Shown: in pieces, positions 9,301 to 19,400 of the stretch
How positions within the stretch are numbered: position 1 is the first letter of the stretch
Layout of the letters: each line of letters opens with the position of its first letter
NCBI GenBank assembly: GCA_024698685.1
Contig: JAILQZ010000017.1
Coordinates: 27,206 to 91,205, forward strand
Direction of reading: 5' to 3'
DNA: 64,000 nucleotides
From: a bacterium
Lineage (GTDB): Bacteria; Actinomycetota; Coriobacteriia; Coriobacteriales; CADBOM01
Made by a program: the position numbers and the translations under genes
Notes under the pieces: model-generated
What the model was told of the DNA's origin: nothing
The model's database searches: none
The model's input: only the letters and a program-made list of their open reading frames with translations

Positions 9301-10704
9301 TCACATGCTCGAAAACTCTTCGGGGGTTATGCCGGCATCCTCAACGCTCTCCAAACCAGACTCGGTGAGGACCACCTCGCCACCATCGTCTCCGCCGTTG
9401 CCGAATCCATTGCGCTTCTTGCGCTTCTTCTTCTGGACTACATCGCCAGTGGCGAGCCTGTTCTCGAATTTGCCGACGAACTTGGCCATCGGCAGCGTGA
9501 TGATGAGGTAGAAGCATGCCGCCACGATGTAGGGCGTGATCGAGCCCGTCGCCGCGACGATCGTCTTCGCGTACATGACGACTTCCATGAAGCCGACTGC
9601 CGCGAGCAGCGAGGTGTCCTTGTAGAGAAGGATGAACTCGCTGGTCATCGTCGGGAGGACGCGGCGCAGCATCTGCGGGATTATGACCGAGAGCATCGTC
9701 TGGCGACCGTTCATGCCAAGCGAGCGCGATGCCTCGAACTGCCCCTTGGGTATCGACTGGATGCCTGCACGGAAGATCTCGCACAGGTATGCGCTCGAGT
9801 TGAGCGACAGGACGATGACGCCGAGCGGGTAGTTCGGAACGGAGATGCCCGCGAGCGGGAGCCCGAAGAACGCGATGTAGATCTGGAGGAACAGCGGCGT
9901 GCCGCGGATAACGTTGACGTAGGTCGTGGCGATGCCGCGCAGAACCTTCCGCCTGGAGATCCTCATCAGCGAGAGCAAGAAGCCGATCGGGATCGCGATC
10001 GGGAACGCCAGGGCGACGACGGCGAGCGCCATCAGAAAGCCCTTGAAGACGATCGGGAAGCTCTTCACGAGAATCGGCGGGTTGAGGAAGAGCCTGAGGA
10101 ACTTGTTGGAGTTCCATTTCTGGACCCACGGCTTCTTCGAGAGGCTATCGGCCCAGCTCTGGGCGATGGAGCTGCTGGTCACGTTGATGGCGGGGATGCC
10201 GGCGATCTCCGCGGTGGTGCCATCGGAAAGCGTGAATGTGCCCGTCAACTGCATTTCGCCACCCGTTCTCGGGAAGAAAACGCCGTAGACCTCGAAGCGC
10301 ACGTAGCGCCCTGCCGCGATGTCGTCCGTGAAGGAGGCGACGATCGTCTGGCCATCGGCGATGAACGTCGCGTCGACAGCCTCGCGCGTCATCATATCCT
10401 CGCCAGTCAACGCGGTGACGCGGGCATCCGCGATGCTGAATTCGGTGCCCTCGGGGAACGTGAGGGAAAGCCCGGAAAGCGATTCATCCGCAGCGCACTG
10501 GCCCTCCCAGGTCACCCTGGTCTCCTTGCCTCCGAGGACGTTGCCATTGGTGTCGTCGGAGTTGGGGCGCGCGGTGCACTTGACCGTCTCGAGAGCGTAC
10601 GAGCTGGGCGGCTCGACCGCGATCGAGAACGAAAGGCCGAGGCAGAGGAGCAGGAAGATGCTCAACGCCTTTGTCGCCATCGTTTTCAGAGACTGCTTCG
10701 TCAC
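9301..10704 (-). CDS. amino-acid ABC transporter permease (HisMQ/GlnP type) with an extra ~190-aa N-terminal extracytoplasmic domain
   Basis: The C-terminal ~230 aa hold the permease core, with the EAA-loop region [21 protein letters not shown]. The N-terminus has a signal/anchor helix followed by a Thr/Gly/Glu-rich domain not normally present. Confidence 0.8.
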   Translation of the reverse strand: MTKQSLKTMATKALSIFLLLCLGLSFSIAVEPPSSYALETVKCTARPNSDDTNGNVLGGKETRVTWEGQCAADESLSGLSLTFPEGTEFSIADARVTALTGEDMMTREAVDATFIADGQTIVASFTDDIAAGRYVRFEVYGVFFPRTGGEMQLTGTFTLSDGTTAEIAGIPAINVTSSSIAQSWADSLSKKPWVQKWNSNKFLRLFLNPPILVKSFPIVFKGFLMALAVVALAFPIAIPIGFLLSLMRISRRKVLRGIATTYVNVIRGTPLFLQIYIAFFGLPLAGISVPNYPLGVIVLSLNSSAYLCEIFRAGIQSIPKGQFEASRSLGMNGRQTMLSVIIPQMLRRVLPTMTSEFILLYKDTSLLAAVGFMEVVMYAKTIVAATGSITPYIVAACFYLIITLPMAKFVGKFENRLATGDVVQKKKRKKRNGFGNGGDDGGEVVLTESGLESVEDAGITPEEFSSM

Positions 10705-10801
10705 GTTTCCCTCGGTTTCCTTAAAACGCGATATCCCTCCTGCTGCCTTCGCCAGCAGGAGGGATCGGTGCTTTCAAATGAAGCTATGCGAGGCTGATGG
10801 C

Positions 10802-11578
10802 CTACTGGAACCACTTGGCTGCGAGCTCGTCGATCGTTCCATCCTTCTGGAGCTCGGCGATCGCGTCGTTGAGGGCCTGGGTAAGCGCGGGGTTGTCCTT
10901 GGAGACGACCATCGCATACTCCTCAGCGGTTGCAGACTGATCGACGATGGTGGCATCGGAGTAGGCATCGGCGAGCATCGCCTCGACGACTGCGAGGTTG
11001 GTGCAGACCGCATCGGCCTTGCCGGACTGCATCGCTGCGAAGCAGTCATTGGAGTTGCCAAAGCCGATGATCTGAGCATTGGGATAGTTCTCCTGCGCCC
11101 AGCTCTCGCCGGTGGTTCCGGTCTGAACGGCGATCTTCTTGCCCTCGACGTTGAGGTCAGCAGGAGCGGCGAGTCCGCTATCCTTCATGACCGCGACGGC
11201 TTGATTGTCGACGAAGTAGGACTCGGTGAAGTCAACCTGCTCGGCGCGCTCGGGCAGATAGCTGAAGCCGGAGATTCCGACATCGCACTTACCGCCAGCG
11301 ACGACTGCCGGGATGATGGCGTCGAATTGCATGCTGACAACCTCGATCTCGAGGCCCATCTTCTCGCCAAGGGCGTTCCACAGGTCGACCTCGAAGCCCA
11401 CGACCTCATCGCCCTCTAGGTTCTCGAAGGGAGGATAGTCGGGGGAGGTTGCGACGGTGAGCTTGCCCGGGGTGAGAAGCCCGAGATCATCGGTGCTCTT
11501 GCTCGAAGAGCAGCCGGCAAGTGCCAAGCCAGCTACGAGAGCTGCGCACATGGCGAAGATTGCAAGTGTCTTTTTCAT
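10802..11578 (-). CDS. amino-acid ABC transporter substrate-binding lipoprotein
   Basis: Start chosen at MKKTLAIFAMCAALVAGLALAGC (lipobox) with RBS AAAGGAG. The body is type-2 periplasmic-binding fold (family 3 SBP). The longer ORF-track version (to 12088) overlaps galU and was rejected. Confidence 0.85.
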   Translation of the reverse strand: MKKTLAIFAMCAALVAGLALAGCSSSKSTDDLGLLTPGKLTVATSPDYPPFENLEGDEVVGFEVDLWNALGEKMGLEIEVVSMQFDAIIPAVVAGGKCDVGISGFSYLPERAEQVDFTESYFVDNQAVAVMKDSGLAAPADLNVEGKKIAVQTGTTGESWAQENYPNAQIIGFGNSNDCFAAMQSGKADAVCTNLAVVEAMLADAYSDATIVDQSATAEEYAMVVSKDNPALTQALNDAIAELQKDGTIDELAAKWFQ

Positions 11579-11772
11579 GTTTGCTCCTTTGAATTGCATT
11601 TCCCATTGAGGTGACACATTGGAGTCTTTATTGTGTCCCCACATCTGCGTATTTGCAATGGAAATTCGGCGATTATGCAGCAATTTCTGCATTTTATGCA
11701 GTATTTTTGCATATATCCAGAATCGCTCCGAATATTTCGCTCGTTGCGCGACTTCGAGAGGCTCGGTGAAGG

Positions 11773-12618
11773 CTAATCGCCGAGCGCCTTCCTGATCGAA
11801 TCCGCATAGCGCGGATCGTCTAGCGCGAGCCTGACATTGGTCTCGAGCCAAGCCGCCACAGTGCCGGTGTCGTGGCCGACCCTCGGGTCGATGACGACCG
11901 CATAGACCTCCTCGGCTGTCAGCGCGCCATCGATGGCATCGGTGAGCTGGATCTCGCCGCCCGCGCCGGGCCTGGCAACCTGCAGCAGCTCCATCACCTT
12001 GTTGGAGAGCAGGTAGCGACCGAAGATCGCGAGGTTGGAGGGAGCCTCCTCCTTGGCGGGCTTCTCGACTAGGCGATCGACCTTCCACACGCCATCGCCC
12101 ATCGGCTCCCCGCCGATCACGCCATAGCGCGAGATCTCGTCGCCTGGAACCTCGAAGACCGCGACGACGCTCGCGCCGCCGTGCTCCGCGCTGACCTCCG
12201 CCAAGCGCCTGACTACCGAGCTGTCGGTGACGATGACATCTCCCAGCAAGACCAGGAAGCTCTCCCCCGCCGCCCTCTCCGCGGCACAGCGGATGGCGTC
12301 GCCGAGTCCGAGCGGCTCATCCTGGTAGACGTAGCTCACCGAAAGCGAGCCGGCCCTCTCCACCGCATCCGCGTAGGTATCCTTGCCCGCAGCGCGCAGG
12401 CTCTCGACGAGTGCCTCATCTGCGGAGAAGTGCTCCTCGATCTCGCGCTTGGCGCGGCTGTTGACGATAACCACCTCGCTGACGCCGGAATCGAGCGCCT
12501 CCTCAACCACATACTGGATCACCGGCTTGTCGAGCACCGGCAGCATCTCCTTGGGCATCGCCTTCGTGGCTGGCAGGAAGCGGGTTCCCATCCCCGCGGC
12601 GGGTATCACAGCGATCAT
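11773..12618 (-). CDS. galU: UTP--glucose-1-phosphate uridylyltransferase
   Basis: The N-terminus MIAVIPAAGMGTRFLPATKAMPKEMLPVLDKPVIQYVVEEA is the canonical GalU nucleotide-binding signature. RBS is GAAGAGGA. Confidence 0.9.
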   Translation of the reverse strand: MIAVIPAAGMGTRFLPATKAMPKEMLPVLDKPVIQYVVEEALDSGVSEVVIVNSRAKREIEEHFSADEALVESLRAAGKDTYADAVERAGSLSVSYVYQDEPLGLGDAIRCAAERAAGESFLVLLGDVIVTDSSVVRRLAEVSAEHGGASVVAVFEVPGDEISRYGVIGGEPMGDGVWKVDRLVEKPAKEEAPSNLAIFGRYLLSNKVMELLQVARPGAGGEIQLTDAIDGALTAEEVYAVVIDPRVGHDTGTVAAWLETNVRLALDDPRYADSIRKALGD

Positions 12619-12758
12619 TTCGGTCCTCTTCGCTCGCTAAACGCAACTCTTCGCTAGAATCGAATGATAACCTATCCAGCAAGGCGAATCGCGCCGAGTG
12701 CGCGTTGGCCATCGCGAAACTCGCCGAGCGCCCGCGTTGCGCGTCTTTTGGAGGCAAG

Positions 12759-13553
12759 ATGGTAACGGTCGAGTCGGAGTACTTCGATTTGCACAAGATC
12801 ATGGATTCGGGGCAGTGCTTCCGGATCACTCCATGCGAGGACGGATCGATCCTCACGGTCCATCGCGATCGCTTCGTCCGCGCACGCCAAACCGAAGACC
12901 TCGCCTGGGAATTCGACTGCTCTCAGGAGGAGTTCGATGCGGTGTGGCGCGACTACTTCGACCTAGACCGCAACTACGGGGAGTGGTTCGCCAGCGTCGA
13001 TCCCGAGGATGCCTACCTCCAGCGAGCCGCAAGCCTCGGCCGCGGCCTACGCGTCGTCAACCAAGACCACTGGGAGACGCTAGTCTGCTTCATAATCTCG
13101 CAACGCTGCAGCGTGCCCTCGATAACCACCTGCGTAGACAAGCTCTGCCGAAGGTTCGGCGTGCAGGCAGATGAGGACGTCTTCCTCTTCCCCAGCCCAG
13201 AGGCGCTTAGCGAGATCACCTGCTCCGACCTCGACGGATGCTCCATGGGCTATAGGAACGAGTACGTCCTCGACGCCGCCAAGCGCGTCGCCGACGGCAG
13301 GTTCGACCTCGACGCGCTCGAGAGCGCGAGCGACGAGGAGCTGCTCGACGCGCTGATGGAGATCAAGGGGGTCGGCATCAAGGTGGCCAACTGCACGGCG
13401 CTCTACGGCTACCAGCGCCTGGGGCTCTTCCCGATCGACGTGTGGATCGACCGCGTGCTCAAGGCACACTATCCGGCCGGCTTCCCGCTGGACAGGTATC
13501 CTGGCTACTCCGGGTTCATGCAGCTTCTGATGTTCTACGCGGCAAGGCACTGA
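12759..13553 (+). CDS. ogg: 8-oxoguanine DNA glycosylase / DNA-(apurinic site) lyase (Ogg, HhH-GPD family)
   Basis: Contains the DSGQCFRI motif near the N-terminus and the HhH-GPD region LMEIKGVGIKVANC...FPIDVW. Start taken at the ATG at 12759, which is preceded by GGAGG. Confidence 0.75.
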   Translation: MVTVESEYFDLHKIMDSGQCFRITPCEDGSILTVHRDRFVRARQTEDLAWEFDCSQEEFDAVWRDYFDLDRNYGEWFASVDPEDAYLQRAASLGRGLRVVNQDHWETLVCFIISQRCSVPSITTCVDKLCRRFGVQADEDVFLFPSPEALSEITCSDLDGCSMGYRNEYVLDAAKRVADGRFDLDALESASDEELLDALMEIKGVGIKVANCTALYGYQRLGLFPIDVWIDRVLKAHYPAGFPLDRYPGYSGFMQLLMFYAARH

Positions 13554-13565
13554 GCCGCCGCGGCG

Positions 13566-14039
13566 CTAATGCTTGCGCCTGGGGAAGGTGTAGAGGTCGT
13601 AGCCCAGCGACAGCAGGCCCAGGACGATCCCTACGACGATGAACGCGATCGAGCCTCCATTGGCTGCGACGGCATTCCAGATTGCCAGAACGCCGATTAT
13701 CAGCAGGACCAGCACGACGAACGCCATGCCCCCCACGATGTTCTGCTCGGCCTTGACGTAGGCGAACGTGAAGGCGGTGAGCAGGCAGGCGACCGTCAGC
13801 CCTGCGGCTAGGTCGCAGAGGATCATCTTGAGGGAGAGCGCGCCCGCCAGCGGCTCTTGCCCCGAAAGGCCCAGCGAGTACAGGACCAGAAAGATCGCGA
13901 GGATGACCGCTATGGCGCCTTTGATGCTCATGACTCCGATGACCGACGACTTGCTCGGCTTGCTCAAATCGCGCTTCTGAGCGTATGGGCGCATAGTGAT
14001 CGCGCCGCTCGACTTGTCCTTCTTGCTGTGCTTGCCCAT
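13566..14039 (-). CDS. small integral membrane protein, unknown function
   Basis: 157 aa with a Lys/Ser-rich N-terminus followed by four hydrophobic helices. No recognisable motif. Confidence 0.5.
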   Translation of the reverse strand: MGKHSKKDKSSGAITMRPYAQKRDLSKPSKSSVIGVMSIKGAIAVILAIFLVLYSLGLSGQEPLAGALSLKMILCDLAAGLTVACLLTAFTFAYVKAEQNIVGGMAFVVLVLLIIGVLAIWNAVAANGGSIAFIVVGIVLGLLSLGYDLYTFPRRKH

Positions 14040-14060
14040 CTGAATCCCTCTGGTCTCGGA

Positions 14061-15503
14061 CTACTCCCCAAGCATGTCCTGCAGCTGCTTGAGATCCTTC
14101 ATCGACATTCCGGCCATGCCCGGAATTCCCCTCATCGGGCCCTTCGCAGCCTTCCTGGCCTTCTTGCGGTTCTTGCCCTTCTTCGGCTTCTTGGAAGCCT
14201 GCTGCTGCATCGCCGCGCCCTGCATCTTCTTCAGCATCTTGCGCGTCTCGTTGAAGCGCGCAACCGCCTGGTTTACATCGCTGACGTTGACGCCGGCGCC
14301 GCGAGCGATCCTTGCCCTGCGCGAGCCGTTGAGCAGCGATGGCTTCTGACGCTCCTCCTTGGTCATCGAGTTGACGATGACCTCGATGCGATCGAAGAAG
14401 TCCTCCTGCACCTGTCCAGACTTGAGGGCCTTCTCGCCGCCGGGAATGGCGGAGATGAACTTGCTCGCGCCGCCCATCTTGTGGAGCTGCCGATTGAGCG
14501 TGATGAAGTCGTCGAAGGTGAGCTCGGCCTTGGCGATGCGCTCGGCCTCGATGGCCTCCTGCTCGGCCTCCTGCTCGGCTACCAGCTTTGCGCGCTCGAT
14601 GATCGAGACCATGTCGCCCATGCCGAGGATGCGCTTGGCCATCCTGTCTGGATGGAACTCCTCGAGCGAACTGGGCTTCTCGCCATCGGAGATGAACTTG
14701 ATCGGCTTGCCAGTAACCTCGCGAACCGACAGCGCCGCGCCACCGCGAGCGTCGCCATCCATCTTCGACATGATCACTCCGTCGAAGTCGACCTTCTCCG
14801 CGAATGCGGTTACGACGTTGGTGGCATCCTGGCCGGTCATCGCGTCGATGACCATGAGGATCTGGTCGGGAGAGACCGCAGCCTTGATTGCGGCGGCCTC
14901 GTCCATCATGCGCTCATCGACGTGCAAGCGGCCTGCGGTGTCGATGATGATGATGTCGCGCAGGTTCTCCTTGGCATAGCCCAGCGAAGCCTTGGCGATG
15001 CCCACCGGGTCCTTTCCGTCGCCGCGGAACACCGAGACGCCCATCTCGTCGCCAAGCGACTGGAGCTGGTCGGCCGCAGCGGGCCTGTAGACGTCGCAGG
15101 CTACGAGGAGCGGCAGGTGCTTGCGCTGCTTGAAGTAGTATGCGAGCTTGGCCGCCGCGGTGGTCTTGCCGCTGCCCTGGAGGCCTACGAGCATGACGAT
15201 GACCGGCATCTTGTCGGGGAGCTTGAACTTCGAGTCATCCGAACCGAGCAGCGCGGTGAGCTCCTCGAGAACGACCTTGACGACGTTCTGCCCCGGGGTG
15301 AGCGAGTCGAGTATCTCGGAGGCCAGGCAGCGATCCTTGGTTCTCGAGACGAAGTTCTTGACGACCTTGAAGTTGACGTCCGCCTCGAGAAGCGCCATGC
15401 GGATCTCGTGCATCGCGACGTCGATATCGCGCTCGCTCAAGCGGCCCTTCGACCTCAGCCCTCCAAGGATGCCCTGCAGTTTGTTCGATAGGTTGTCAAG
15501 CAT
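14061..15503 (-). CDS. ffh: signal recognition particle protein Ffh
   Basis: The N-domain is followed by an SRP GTPase domain (GLQGSGKTTAAAKLA, DTAGR). The M-domain is Met-rich, and the tail is basic. Confidence 0.95.
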   Translation of the reverse strand: MLDNLSNKLQGILGGLRSKGRLSERDIDVAMHEIRMALLEADVNFKVVKNFVSRTKDRCLASEILDSLTPGQNVVKVVLEELTALLGSDDSKFKLPDKMPVIVMLVGLQGSGKTTAAAKLAYYFKQRKHLPLLVACDVYRPAAADQLQSLGDEMGVSVFRGDGKDPVGIAKASLGYAKENLRDIIIIDTAGRLHVDERMMDEAAAIKAAVSPDQILMVIDAMTGQDATNVVTAFAEKVDFDGVIMSKMDGDARGGAALSVREVTGKPIKFISDGEKPSSLEEFHPDRMAKRILGMGDMVSIIERAKLVAEQEAEQEAIEAERIAKAELTFDDFITLNRQLHKMGGASKFISAIPGGEKALKSGQVQEDFFDRIEVIVNSMTKEERQKPSLLNGSRRARIARGAGVNVSDVNQAVARFNETRKMLKKMQGAAMQQQASKKPKKGKNRKKARKAAKGPMRGIPGMAGMSMKDLKQLQDMLGE

Positions 15504-15518
15504 TTCCGATGCCCTTTT

Positions 15519-16430
15519 CTAGTCCTGCGCGCCCAAAAGCGCCTCTACGAAATCCCTCGGCTCGAATGGCCCGAGGTCGTCTATGCTCTCGCCGATGCCT
15601 ATGCGGACGATCGGCAGCTGCAGCTCGTTGGAGATTGCAACCGCGATGCCGCCCTTCGCCGTGCCGTCGAGCTTGGTGACGATGACAGCGTCGAGGTCGA
15701 GAGCCTTGTTGAACACCTTCGCCTGCTCAAGGCCGTTCTGGCCGGTGGTGGCGTCGATCACGAGCACGACCTTGACCGGGACCCTCGAGCGCTTGCGGGT
15801 GACGCCGACGACCTTCTGCAGCTCGCGCATGAGGTCGTCGGAAGTATGGAGCCTGCCCGCGGTGTCGATGAGGACGAAGTCGCTTCCAACCTGCTCTCCC
15901 CTCTCGACCGCCTCGAAGCAGACGCTTGCTGGATCGCTGCCGCGCTCGCGCTTGACCACGTCGACGTTGGCGCGCGCGGCCCATTCATCGAGCTGCTCGA
16001 TCGCCGCGGCCCTGAAGGTGTCGGCACTGCCGAGCAGCACGCTATGCCCGTCGTCGACCGCGGACTTGGCGAGCTTGCCGACGGTGGTGGTCTTCCCCGC
16101 GCCGTTGATGCCGACAAAGAGGATGACCGCCGGCGCCTCGTCGAAGAGGTCGGCCTCGCCAACGACGAAGAGATCGACGATCTTGGAGATCAGGCGCTCG
16201 CGCACGCTCTCGGCATCGGGAATAGCCTGACGGCGCGTCTCGTCCCTGAGCTCCTCGACGAGCTCCATGCACGCCGTAGGACCCATGTCGGAGAGGATCA
16301 GCGTCTCCTCGAGGTTGTCCCAGAAGCTGTCGTCGAGCTTGGCACCCCTCTGGAAGAGGATGTTCATCGATTCGTTCAGGCGCTGCCTCGATTTGGACAG
16401 CCTTGCGGAGAGCCTATCCCTAAGTGACAT
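15519..16430 (-). CDS. ftsY: signal recognition particle receptor FtsY
   Basis: Contains the SRP-type GTPase motifs GINGAGKTTTVGKLA, DTAGRL and TKLDGTAKGG. It sits directly between smc and ffh. Confidence 0.95.
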   Translation of the reverse strand: MSLRDRLSARLSKSRQRLNESMNILFQRGAKLDDSFWDNLEETLILSDMGPTACMELVEELRDETRRQAIPDAESVRERLISKIVDLFVVGEADLFDEAPAVILFVGINGAGKTTTVGKLAKSAVDDGHSVLLGSADTFRAAAIEQLDEWAARANVDVVKRERGSDPASVCFEAVERGEQVGSDFVLIDTAGRLHTSDDLMRELQKVVGVTRKRSRVPVKVVLVIDATTGQNGLEQAKVFNKALDLDAVIVTKLDGTAKGGIAVAISNELQLPIVRIGIGESIDDLGPFEPRDFVEALLGAQD

Positions 16431-16433
16431 CTG

Positions 16434-19400
16434 CTATCCCTCCACCTTCGCGTTGGCCTCTTCCTCGTCCAGGTCCTTGAGGGCCTGCTCGAGCCTCTGG
16501 CTGACCAGCTTCGATACGCCCGAAGCCTGCTTGCTCACTCCGTAGAGGATGTCGGCTATCTCCATCGTCTGGCGCTGATGCGTGACCATGATGAGCTGCG
16601 TCGTCTCACGCATCGACTCGAGGAGCTCGCAGACGCGTGCGAGGTTGGTGCCGTCGAGCGAGGGCTCGACCTCGTCGAGGATGTAGAACGGCGCGTTGCG
16701 CGTCATGTAGATCGCGAACAGGAACGAGAGCGCGACGATGGCGCTCTGTCCGCCGGAGAGCAGCGAGAGGTTGGTGAGCTTCATGCCATGCGGATGGATG
16801 ACGATCTCGACGCCCGCCGGCTCGTCATCGGTTGCGTCGAGCATGACGAGCTCGCCCGTGTCACCCGGAGAGAGCCTCTCGTAGAGCGCCTTGAAGCTCG
16901 CGTTGACCGCGTCGAACGTGAGCTGGTACTGCTTGTTCATCCTGCGGTCGAGCGCGCGCGAGATCGTGTTGAGCTTCTTGCGCGCCTCCTGCAAATCGGC
17001 AACTTGGCCCTCGATGTAGTCGCGACGCGCCTTGAGCGCCTCGTACTCCTCCTTGGCCACATGGTTGACCGCGCCAAGGCTGGAGATCTTGCGGCGCAGC
17101 TTCTCGGCCTGCGCCTCATCCTGCGCGCGATTGACCGGCGATGGGGTCTTGAGGGCTGTCTCGAGCGAGACGCCCGTCTCCTCCTTGATGCGCGCCACCG
17201 CGTGGTTGACCTCGGTCTCGATCTTGGCCTTCTCCACCTTGATCTCGTTGAGCTGCGCGGCGAGCCTCTCGCTCTCGGCGCGAGCCTCGTCGCGAGCGCG
17301 CTTGGCGCTCTCGATCACCTCGCGCAGCGACTTCGAATCGCTCTGCGTGAGCTTGGCCTGCTCCTGGAGCTTCGCCGCCCATGCGCCGATGCCCTCGTAG
17401 AGCTCCTCGAAGATGCGATGGAGCGGGTCGACGCGCAGGCGGATTATCGAGAGCGACTCCTCGGTCTGGCGCGAAACCTCGAGGGCCTCACGCAGGCTGG
17501 CGATCTCGGCGACGAGCCTCTCGGCGCGGCGCTGGCGATACTCGACCGTCGACTTCGCGGTCTCCATCTGCAGCTTGATCTCGGTGAGCCTATCGATGGT
17601 CTCAGCCCTCTCGTTGGTGATGTCGAGCAGCTTGCGCGAGGACTCCTCGACGCTGTCGCGCATCGACTCGATGTCTTTCTCGAGGGTCTGGATACGCACC
17701 TCGTACTCGGCCGCCAGCGGAGCGGCCTGGGCGCGGCGCACCTCGACGCTCTTGAGCTTGCGGTCGAGCTCGGCGCGGCTGTTGGTGAGCTGCAGCGCCT
17801 GCGACTCGTATTGCTTGATCTGCGAATCGCCGAGGTCGCACTCGGCGGAGAGCTTGGCGAGGACGCTGGAGAGCTCGAAGCCGTCCTGCTTGGCCAGATC
17901 GAGTGCGCGCTCAGCCTCGGAGACGGCCATCTCGGCCTCGCTGAGCCTCAGCGAGCACTCCTCGTTGCTCTCGTTGAGCTTGTTGAGCTTTCGCTTGCGT
18001 GCGAGGACGCCCTCGAAGTCGGATATCTGCTTGCCGAGGGTGATCTTGCCGTTGGCCCATACGACCGCACCGTCGGTTGTGGCGAAGCGCACGCCGATCT
18101 TGTCGCGCGAATGGAATTCGACCGCCTCGCCGAGCGAATCTGCGATGTAGACATCGCCGATGAGCGCCTTGGCGATCTCTGAATAGCTCTCGTCGTAGGA
18201 GATGAGGTCGAGCAGACGCCTGCCGTCGGGACTTGCGGGCAGCTCGGAGGCCCTCATGCCATCGAGCGGCATGAAGCTTATCTCGCTGGCCTCTCCGCCG
18301 CTGCCGATCAGGCGCTGGGCGATCAGGTTGGCCGACTTCATGTCTGCGGTGAGCAGGCCGCTGATGTCGCTGCCGAGGAGCCTCTCGAGCAGCGGCTCGA
18401 ACTCCGGCGGGGCCGAGAAGACCTGCGAGAGCGAGCCGACGATGCCGCTGAACTCGGACTGATGCGACTGGATCCAGCTGATCGAGGGCGATGCGTTCTC
18501 GAACGCCCTCTCGATCTCCTCGATCGCGCGGATCTCGGCCTGTATGTCGTTGAATCTGGAGCGCTGCGCATCCATCTCGCGCTTGGCCTGGTCGAGCAGC
18601 CTGACGCGCTTGTCGGTGTCGGAGTGCGCGAGGTCGAGGTCGTTTTGCGCCTTCTGCCTCTCGCCCTCGAGCTGCTCGCGCTTCTGGCGATGGGTTGCCA
18701 GCGCCGTCTGCGCCTCGGAGAGCTCGGCGATGACCTGGTCGTGCCTCTCCTGCAGCAGCTGTTCCTCGACGTCGAGCGACTCAAGCGACGACTGGACGCG
18801 CGCGAGGTTGTCGCGGGTCATGACGAGCGCGCTTTCGCTGCCGCGAAGCTTGGCGGCGAGCGAATTGTGCTCGTCCTCTATCTGGCGTTTTTCCTTGGTG
18901 ACCTGCTCTGAGGTGCGGGTGAGCTCGTTGAATGTCGAATAGAGGGCCCTGAGCCTGGCATCGATGTCGTCGGACTCGGTGCTGATGCTGCGCTGCTCGG
19001 CAAGCGCCTCGTTCAGGCGCCTCTCGGAGGTGTGGATGGTCGCGCGCAGCTCGGAGAGGCGAAGGACCATGTTCTTCCCCTTCTCCTCGATCAGGCGCAT
19101 GTTGGCCTCGAGGCGGTTCATGATCGACTGGCAACGGCTACGCTGCTCGTTGAGGTCGCCGACGAAGAGGCCCTTCTGCTCGAGGACGAGCTGCTTCTTC
19201 GTCACCTCGGCATCGCGCTCCTCGAGCCTGAACTTGATGAGCTCGGCCTCGGCGTCGATCTCCTTCTCCTTCAGGTCGATCTCGTTCCACTGCTCCTGCA
19301 GGGTGCGCAGGTCGTCGACGGCCAGCGCAAGCGTGATGTCGCGCAGCTCTGAGGCGTACTCCTCATAGCGCTGTGCGCGAGAAGCCTGCCTCTCGAGCGG

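Noticed and set aside
11579-12088. 5' extension of the substrate-binding-protein ORF (track version 10802..12088, 428 aa).
   Set aside because: The extension overlaps the galU coding region on the same strand in another frame and runs through the AT-rich promoter region. A proper start with RBS, signal peptide and lipobox exists at 11578. Similar Arg/Ser-rich N-terminal extensions were trimmed for murI (33237), the GcvT-like gene (56492), the AMMECR1 fusion (39866), the radical SAM gene (41181), echE (62701), echD (63344) and pgsA (60983).
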